Source: a virus
Length of the DNA: 42,073 nt
Virus record (IMG/VR): IMGVR_UViG_3300025890_000005
Strand: one strand, 5' to 3'
The position numbers and the translations under genes were made by a program. Of the stretch, positions 1 through 5,099 are shown one piece after another. Every line of letters starts with the position of its first letter. Positions within the stretch are counted from its first letter, which is position 1. The notes beneath the pieces were generated by a model. It searched no databases. It had not been told where the DNA came from and saw only the letters and a program-made list of their open reading frames with translations.

Positions 1-99
1 GCTCTAAGTCATACAGTTTAGTCATGTTATCCTCCATAATAGTCAATCACACGATCTAGTGCTGCTATGTCTAGCACAAGGCTTGCCCAGTCCTCCGCT
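1..99. repeat. 99-bp exact direct repeat, copy 1 (identical to 41975-42073); most likely a circular-assembly overlap
   Basis: Base-by-base comparison shows gctctaagtcatacag...gcccagtcctccgct at both window ends. The repeat contains coding sequence: a gene stop at 27-29 and the next gene's ATG at 25-23. Confidence 0.95.
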
Positions 100-266
100 T
101 CGGCACTAGACCAGAGGCCCTTACGGTCACGTTTAGCCTCGAGCAGCTCACGCATCTCTGCACAAGTATCACGAGAGCTTTGCAATGCGTGGATTACAAT
201 CTCATTCATAATCTCTACTGCTGCATTTGTTTGTAGTACATCCGTCAGTGTTTCTTTAACATCCAT
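27..266 (-). CDS. hypothetical early protein (79 aa)
   Basis: ORF with GGAG 7 nt upstream of the ATG at 266. Its last codons, GGA GGA TAA, form the SD for the next minus-strand gene across the window junction. Confidence 0.6.
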   Translation of the reverse strand: MDVKETLTDVLQTNAAVEIMNEIVIHALQSSRDTCAEMRELLEAKRDRKGLWSSAEAEDWASLVLDIAALDRVIDYYGG

Positions 267-371
267 AGTTATTCTCCGTCCTTTGCGTGTTTGAAGTACG
301 TGTAAGTCGTAACGGCTGAATATGTCTTACGAAGCTTACATTCTCCTTATTCTTTGCGGTAAATACAGGGG

Positions 372-686
372 TTAATCTCCGCATTTGTTCGGTCGTTTAC
401 CTTTACGGAAAAGCATCCAATCGTTGAAGTCAGGTGTAGTCATAAAGTCCTGCAAGATACGTTCAATAGCCCACAGTAGGTCTTCATCTACATCTATATC
501 CATACCACCCTCGTCCTTAACGGGCACTGAGCATAGGTCGTAATACTTCATCAGGCAGCACACTACAATCTCTTCTTCGAAGTCCTCCTCTAGGTTACGT
601 AGCATACTACTAAAGCGGTCTGTGATCTTGGTCGCCACTCTACGGGTTACATTGTAGTCTGTTAAAACTTCGTTTTCTTTACTCAT
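372..686 (-). CDS. hypothetical acidic protein (104 aa)
   Basis: ORF with AAGGGG 6 nt upstream of the ATG. Hand count gives 23 D/E against 14 K/R. No recognisable motif. Confidence 0.6.
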   Translation of the reverse strand: MSKENEVLTDYNVTRRVATKITDRFSSMLRNLEEDFEEEIVVCCLMKYYDLCSVPVKDEGGMDIDVDEDLLWAIERILQDFMTTPDFNDWMLFRKGKRPNKCGD

Positions 687-689
687 AGT

Positions 690-1091
690 TTACCCCTTTT
701 CACTGCGTTCCTTGGATAGTTCTGCAAGGGTGGTGCGGGCAAACAGATCGGCAAACACGCTGAGGTGCGCCATGTCTTGAATGACGCCAAGCACAAGATC
801 ACTCTTCTTCTGCGACATGCCTCCGACCCGTGATATGCGTAGGTATCCAGATGCAGCATTAACAACCGCCTGATCTACGGCATCATGCGCCAGTTCTCTG
901 CGGTCAAACCAAGCGTTAAGCGTGTCGATTGCGTCCAGCTTTTCCTCCACCGCCTTCGCCAGCTTGGCCTCCAGTTCCTCGTTGATCGCAACAAGTTGCT
1001 CGATGCGGGCAGCCATGCAGTAACCCCTCATCTCGCAGGCTTGGTGCTGGCAGTCACATTCGGCCATGATTTGCCCCATGTATTTACTCAT
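690..1091 (-). CDS. hypothetical protein (133 aa) with N-terminal Cys cluster
   Basis: The start overlaps the thyX stop (ATGAGTAA). CDCQHQACEMRGYC is followed by a helical, coiled-coil-like stretch. Confidence 0.6.
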   Translation of the reverse strand: MSKYMGQIMAECDCQHQACEMRGYCMAARIEQLVAINEELEAKLAKAVEEKLDAIDTLNAWFDRRELAHDAVDQAVVNAASGYLRISRVGGMSQKKSDLVLGVIQDMAHLSVFADLFARTTLAELSKERSEKG

Positions 1092-1842
1092 CGTCTTGTC
1101 CTTCCATTAGGCTGGCCCACGATACAGGATACAGGTTTTGCATGATATTAGACACTTGGTCAGCTACAAGGCGTGACTCATACTGTGTGTCTTCCTTGCA
1201 CCGAAGGCGACACATGTCAGCAAAGGCATCCAGTGAACCTGACCAGTACCACTCTGTCATAGTTGATTGTGGTAGTACCATGCGGGCTTGCTCAGGTGCT
1301 ACGCCTAGTTTAATCATCTTCTGGTAAGCCTCATGGGCTACAGATGTAGCATCGCCATCCCATGTATTATAACCATCGTCCCTGTCGTAGTACGCAGTAT
1401 CAATAACTACATCAGGGTCTGACCCCTGCTTCTTGTCAGCACTACGTCCACGCCATACGTCAGGCACATAGAACTCAGGCTCATCATCAACGTAACGACG
1501 ACTGATCTCATTCCAACGCAGGAACTTATGCTTCACTAGCTGTCGAGCCACAAAGATAGGAGCCTTGATGTGGAAGGATGCAAAGGCATGACCGAATGGG
1601 CTGATGTGCTTGTGCTTGGCAAGGTATTGAACCAGCTTGGTGTCACGGTCAGATAGGGTTATATCATCACCTAACTTACAGTCACCGCAGTAGTATTCGT
1701 AGTCATAGTCATGAACCCAATTAGTTCCACCACACCCCGCACAAACCCAGTCAGCTTTCTTGCCAAAGCTAACCCGTGCTGCGTTGACTACCGAAAGGTC
1801 TGACCCCATGTGGTCGATGTATGTTGTTTTGATTTGTGTCAT
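1084..1842 (-). CDS. thyX: flavin-dependent thymidylate synthase ThyX (variant motif, Zn-ribbon insert)
   Basis: VVNAARVSFGK N-terminus, HISPFGHAFASFHI, and KHKFLRWNEISRRY aligning to the ThyX RHR-x7-S-xRY signature. There is an extra CxxC-x14-CxxC segment at residues 34-55. Confidence 0.8.
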   Translation of the reverse strand: MTQIKTTYIDHMGSDLSVVNAARVSFGKKADWVCAGCGGTNWVHDYDYEYYCGDCKLGDDITLSDRDTKLVQYLAKHKHISPFGHAFASFHIKAPIFVARQLVKHKFLRWNEISRRYVDDEPEFYVPDVWRGRSADKKQGSDPDVVIDTAYYDRDDGYNTWDGDATSVAHEAYQKMIKLGVAPEQARMVLPQSTMTEWYWSGSLDAFADMCRLRCKEDTQYESRLVADQVSNIMQNLYPVSWASLMEGQDDE

Positions 1843-1973
1843 TCTGTATCTACTTCCATATATTCTTCATTTAGTTCACGCATGTAACGGTTAAACTCTT
1901 CGTAGGTGATCTCTCCGTTGTCATAGCTAATCTCTAGCTCTTCTACGTATTTGTCATACTGTTTGTCAGTCAT
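1839..1973 (-). CDS. small acidic protein (44 aa; below the ORF-track cutoff)
   Basis: Hand translation gives MTDKQYDKYVEELEISYDNGEITYEEFNRYMRELNEEYMEVDTE. AAGGAGA lies 6 nt upstream. The stop overlaps the thyX ATG (ATGA). Confidence 0.45.
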   Translation of the reverse strand: MTDKQYDKYVEELEISYDNGEITYEEFNRYMRELNEEYMEVDTE

Positions 1974-1984
1974 TGTGTTTCTCC

Positions 1985-2239
1985 TTAAAACGTAATCTCT
2001 ATTGTGTCACCTTCGTGGAACAGTACATCGGCAACCTCTGGTGTCCACATACCTTCTTGGACACTCCCATCATCGTAAATCCAGACAGCCTTATCTGTCC
2101 AAAGAATACGAATGCAAAAACCAATCTCTTCTTGGTCATGCTCCATGTGAAACTTAAAGGCTACGGCTTCCTGTGGGTCTTTCTTTTGTGTGTATGTATC
2201 GGGGGCATCCGTAATACTTATTATACCAAGTAAATCCAT
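1985..2239 (-). CDS. hypothetical protein (84 aa from ATG 2239; a TTG at 2263 is possible)
   Basis: ORF in a tightly packed minus operon. The first ATG is preceded by a G-rich stretch. No motif recognised. Confidence 0.55.
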   Translation of the reverse strand: MDLLGIISITDAPDTYTQKKDPQEAVAFKFHMEHDQEEIGFCIRILWTDKAVWIYDDGSVQEGMWTPEVADVLFHEGDTIEITF

Positions 2240-2259
2240 TACGTCTACCCCCAATCGTA

Positions 2260-2460
2260 TCAATACTCTACCTTGTTGCCATTTAGCAACAGTGCTAGTC
2301 TGGCGTTGGCATCCTGTATCTGTAAACCTATGTGACTAAGCTCCTCAGATACCCACGAGGGACGTACACCCCTGCCGTGCTGCTCGATCAAGTCATCATA
2401 CTGACCCCTGAGACTAGCTATACGTTGCTCTGCTAACTCTATCTCTCCGCATACACTCAT
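2260..2460 (-). CDS. hypothetical protein (66 aa)
   Basis: GAGGGG lies 7 nt upstream of the ATG. The sequence is helical and coiled-coil-like. Confidence 0.55.
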   Translation of the reverse strand: MSVCGEIELAEQRIASLRGQYDDLIEQHGRGVRPSWVSEELSHIGLQIQDANARLALLLNGNKVEY

Positions 2461-2464
2461 GACC

Positions 2465-2800
2465 TTACCCCTCTAGTGCTTTGAGTTGTGCCTCAATGTC
2501 AGCCTTGGCTTTCTCTAGTTGCATGATTTTCTTTAAACGTGTACCGATACGCTTAGGCTGGATCACTTTAGTTTTGAGTAAGATCTGGCGACGATACTTC
2601 ACACGTTCCTCCGACTCATTCAAACGATCTGCAATCTCTTTGATGGTGCTGGTTGCATCATGCCTGATGATGGTGTCATCCATGTTACTGTAGTTGTAAG
2701 TATGGATCTTTGCTTTTGTGAAGTGACCAGTATACTTGTCATAGAATGCCTGATTGATTGACTTCATGATCGGACGGGTGGTTAAATTGATAGTTGTCAT
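2465..2800 (-). CDS. hypothetical protein (111 aa), possible helix-turn-helix DNA binder
   Basis: AAGGAA lies 8 nt upstream. The STIKEIADRLNESEERVKYRRQIL segment looks HTH-like and the C-terminus is basic and coiled-coil-like. Confidence 0.55.
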   Translation of the reverse strand: MTTINLTTRPIMKSINQAFYDKYTGHFTKAKIHTYNYSNMDDTIIRHDATSTIKEIADRLNESEERVKYRRQILLKTKVIQPKRIGTRLKKIMQLEKAKADIEAQLKALEG

Positions 2801-2973
2801 AGCTTTAGTTCCTTGTTGCTACATTGCCTACACTGCGTAGGGCTTAGGTTTAGAAGGGACATTGCCCTTTGCCATCCCATGATGGACTTGGTGGTGTGGG
2901 CTTAGGATTGCATACCTTGACAGGTTTGACAACCCCTAGCCTAGAAATTTCTGCCTCTATGTGAGGCGGTAGG

Positions 2974-3558
2974 TCAGACATTATGAATGCGCTTCCATGT
3001 CACCCATGTTGCGGCTTGCATCTGGTACGCTGTCAAGCCATGCTTTTTACCTGCCCTGCTATAGGCTTGCTGCAATTCCTTGCGCATCCGCTTGCCGATA
3101 CTTGGCACATCTTGCATGTTACGTCTGTCACCAAACGCAATGCCCCATGCATGTCCGTCAATGACACAAACATCTTGCCCCATGATGCACATGTAGAAGT
3201 CAGTGATCTTAGGGCCATTGAGGATGAAAGCCACATCATCCACGTTGTGAGGCATGGATTGTAGGATAGACCAAGCCTTGTCCCTCATTGTCTTGTAGGT
3301 GCAGGGCTTACAATCCTCAACGTATCCACCGTCAACAAACATCTTGCACATATAATGGGCATCGACTAGATTGCGTTCCCATTTGTTTGTCGGAGAGAGT
3401 GCCGCCACTACCCCTGCTACAATGTGGACGGGTAGACCATGACACGCCGCCATGTCTTCACATTCCCGCAAGGCGTCACGATACCATGTCTTGCCGTACT
3501 TCACCTCATGTGGTTGAGCTTGTTTGAATACCTTGTTGATGTTGCGTACATATTGCAT
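2974..3558 (-). CDS. conserved-looking hypothetical protein (194 aa)
   Basis: The GGAGTAAGACAATG start context is identical to that of the preceding gene. I could not name a family. Confidence 0.65.
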   Translation of the reverse strand: MQYVRNINKVFKQAQPHEVKYGKTWYRDALRECEDMAACHGLPVHIVAGVVAALSPTNKWERNLVDAHYMCKMFVDGGYVEDCKPCTYKTMRDKAWSILQSMPHNVDDVAFILNGPKITDFYMCIMGQDVCVIDGHAWGIAFGDRRNMQDVPSIGKRMRKELQQAYSRAGKKHGLTAYQMQAATWVTWKRIHNV

Positions 3559-3562
3559 TGTC

Positions 3563-3697
3563 TTACTCCTTGTTGAAGTCTAAAGGCCCAAAATTAAACA
3601 AGCCACGGTGTGAACCATCTGGATTGTATACCCCGACTAGGCCACTCCGCATATCTTCTACACGATACAAACCATTTATCAAGCGTTCAATTCGCAT
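3563..3697 (-). CDS. first leftward small protein (44 aa from the internal ATG)
   Basis: GAGGAGTAAGACAATG gives a strong SD at ATG 3697. The track's upstream ATG at 3790 has no SD. Confidence 0.45.
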   Translation of the reverse strand: MRIERLINGLYRVEDMRSGLVGVYNPDGSHRGLFNFGPLDFNKE

Positions 3698-3851
3698 TGT
3701 CTTACTCCTCTTGGTTGATTGATAAAGGGACACCCGTTGAGGGAGGATTTCAGATGCCCCCATATCAATCAAACACACTAGCCCCAACATTTGACGGGCT
3801 GATTCAAGTCACCGTTCTACCGCCCCGTATCTTGGACGCTGTCCTTAAGCT

Positions 3852-3955
3852 AGTCTATGTGTCGTCTTGTCTTGCTATTAAGTCTACATATTCTGTCTGC
3901 GTAGTCAAGTCTTAATTTAGTCTTTATTCCGGTGACCCTCTGGCTTGCTAGGTCT
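3852..3955. repeat. five dispersed (A/T)AGTCT / AGGTCT motifs in the leftward leader
   Basis: AGTCT occurs at 3852, 3881, 3908 and 3919, and AGGTCT at 3950. On the minus strand some read as TTGACT (3908-3903) N16 TAGACT (3886-3881). Confidence 0.4.
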
Positions 3956-4210
3956 TGCACGGTAACTCATATTGAACCTTTGTCCGTGGACTGATTCGGT
4001 GTTTGTTTGCCGATGAATCATTAATGGCATAGGTCAAAACAGATAGCAAGTAAAAAATGCACGATTTACAAATTAATTTATGATGGATGTTTTATACTAT
4101 ATAATGGCAGGAAAGGAATATTGGTTGGGTTACCTAGTTAATGTAATTAAATCAGTGTGTTGATAGTTGTGGTGGGTGTGTTGGGTGTAACACCGCAACA
4201 ATACTGTTAT

Positions 4211-4240
4211 AGTATAACATAACATGTGGCACGATTGCAA
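4211..4240 (-). promoter_or_regulatory. candidate leftward (early) sigma70 promoter, TTGCAA-N18-TATACT
   Basis: The minus strand reads TTGCAA (4240-4235), an 18-nt spacer, then TATACT (4216-4211). The -10 lies inside the 13-bp palindrome GTTATAGTATAAC. Confidence 0.4.
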
Positions 4241-4280
4241 CAGGTATGGCCCCTGCGCAACAGTGTTGCATAATGGCAAC

Positions 4281-4301
4281 GGGCGGGAGGGGGGTCGGGG
4301 G
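4281..4301 (+). other. G-quadruplex-type motif GGGCGGGAGGGGGGTCGGGGG, flanked by inverted GGCAAC/GTTGCC
   Basis: Four G-runs of 3 or more with 1-2 nt loops. The flanking 6-bp inverted repeat lies at 4275-4280 and 4301-4306. Confidence 0.6.
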
Positions 4302-4322
4302 TTGCCTGTTGTATGTACAACA

Positions 4323-4407
4323 CACCAAAATATTTACTACAAGAAATTCTTGACAAGCTAACACATTCATACATCACCAAAATATTTACTACAAGAAATC
4401 TTGGACA
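4323..4407. repeat. two copies of a 33-bp direct repeat, 52 bp apart
   Basis: CACCAAAATATTTACTACAAGAAAT is identical at 4323 and 4375. The tails are TCTTGACA and CTTGGACA. Confidence 0.9.
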
Positions 4408-4460
4408 CAGGTACAATGGTCACACTCTCTAGTTAATTTCAATAAATAGTAAATTAGGTG

Positions 4461-4511
4461 TTGACAACCGAAAACCTAGTGTGTATAATAGTATTAAGAT
4501 GTCCCCCCGGT
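4461..4511 (+). promoter_or_regulatory. consensus sigma70 promoter P-late1 (TTGACA-N17-TATAAT) plus conserved GTCCCCCCGGT box
   Basis: TTGACA at 4461-4466, TATAAT at 4484-4489, C-box at 4501-4511. The block is near-identical to 16906-16956. Confidence 0.8.
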
Positions 4512-4542
4512 TAATACTAACCTATAAGTACAAACAGAATAG

Positions 4543-4590
4543 AGATAGATTGTAGCGTGTACACGTTATACTCTATCTTCTTTACTTTAA
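4543..4590 (+). promoter_or_regulatory. long imperfect hairpin plus U-rich tail in the late-operon leader (attenuator/terminator-like)
   Basis: AGATAGA (4543-4549) pairs with TCTATCT (4572-4578) around the palindrome CGTGTACACG (4556-4565). TCTTTACTTT follows. The stem is AT-rich. Confidence 0.4.
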
Positions 4591-4606
4591 GGAATAGACA
4601 AGTACA

Positions 4607-5098
4607 ATGGCTAAGAAACCTAGTAAGACTTGGTTCTATGAGACTACACTTCCAGACACTCGTAACAATTTAACTTTGTATTCTTTAAAGAAGAAAGATC
4701 ACACTGTAGCTGGTACAACTTACAAGTCTCTTCATAAAATCTATATAGAAATGGAAGACCCTACAGAGTACGAGTTTGCTATGTCTGTGTTTGGTGATTA
4801 CTCTGTTTGGGAGAACCTGTGTAACCTGTCATGGTTTAAACATCATCATGTACAGATGCAGAAAGAGTTAGTGTTGAAGTTGAAGGCTCGTACAGTTAAG
4901 AACATGATTAATGATCTTAATGAGGGTAAGGCTAGTTACAATGCTCAGAAGTATTTAGCTGATGCTGGTTACTTAGAGGGTAACAGTAAGAAACGTGGTC
5001 GTCCATCTAAGGATGAATTGGATGGTGCTTTGAAGCAAGCGGCTATGGAAAAAGCTGAAACAGAAGATGATGCAGCAAGGATTGGGTTGATAAACTGA
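4607..5098 (+). CDS. first late protein (163 aa) with AT-hook; possible small terminase or DNA-binding protein
   Basis: KKRGRPSK is a canonical RGRP AT-hook. The preceding AQKYLADAGYLEG resembles small-terminase-like proteins from memory. The function is unverified. Confidence 0.65.
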   Translation: MAKKPSKTWFYETTLPDTRNNLTLYSLKKKDHTVAGTTYKSLHKIYIEMEDPTEYEFAMSVFGDYSVWENLCNLSWFKHHHVQMQKELVLKLKARTVKNMINDLNEGKASYNAQKYLADAGYLEGNSKKRGRPSKDELDGALKQAAMEKAETEDDAARIGLIN

Positions 5099-5099
5099 T

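Larger units (their letters stand above)
4195..4322. repeat. cluster of GCAAC(A)/TGTTGC motifs and short palindromes
   Basis: GCAACA occurs at 4195, 4237 and 4257; TGTTGC at 4264; GCAACG at 4276; GTTGCC at 4301. Palindromes: GGTGT-A-ACACC (4184-4194), GTTATA-G-TATAAC (4206-4218), GCAACA-G-TGTTGC (4257-4269). Confidence 0.6.

Noticed and set aside
1-99. The 99-bp repeat as a genuine T7-style direct terminal repeat or as mobile-element ends
   Set aside because: T7-type DTRs are non-coding, whereas this repeat contains a gene stop and the next gene's RBS and start. An exact overlap of this size is typical of circularised assemblies. Real termini cannot be inferred from the sequence alone.
372-686. 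The acidic 104-aa early protein as an Ocr/ArdA-like DNA mimic (anti-restriction)
   Set aside because: The net charge is only about -9 by hand count, and there is no recognisable mimic repeat pattern. It is also not the first gene to enter the cell or be transcribed. The idea is pure speculation without structural evidence.
2916-2935. Tandem TTGACAGGTTTGACAAC on the plus strand as a promoter
   Set aside because: No -10-like hexamer lies 16-19 nt downstream of either copy. The orientation opposes the surrounding minus-strand operon. It is noted only because it shares TTGACAAC with the late promoters.
3610-3915. Plus-strand 101-aa ORF
   Set aside because: It is antisense to the RBS-supported small gene at 3563-3697 and runs into the motif-rich leader. 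It has no SD and no coding-like composition.
4323-4407. The 33-bp direct repeats as a phage mini-CRISPR array
   Set aside because: There are only two copies, with a 19-nt (or 27-nt) spacer. The repeat is AT-rich and non-palindromic, and the copies have degenerate 3' ends. No cas genes or leader are present, and the position between divergent promoters fits regulatory repeats better.
4152-4416. Minus-strand ORFs of 72 and 69 aa in the control region
   Set aside because: They have no SD. Their composition is driven by the G4/C-run and the GCAAC repeats (PPTPLPP, CC runs). They overlap promoter-like and repeat elements, so they are better explained as non-coding.
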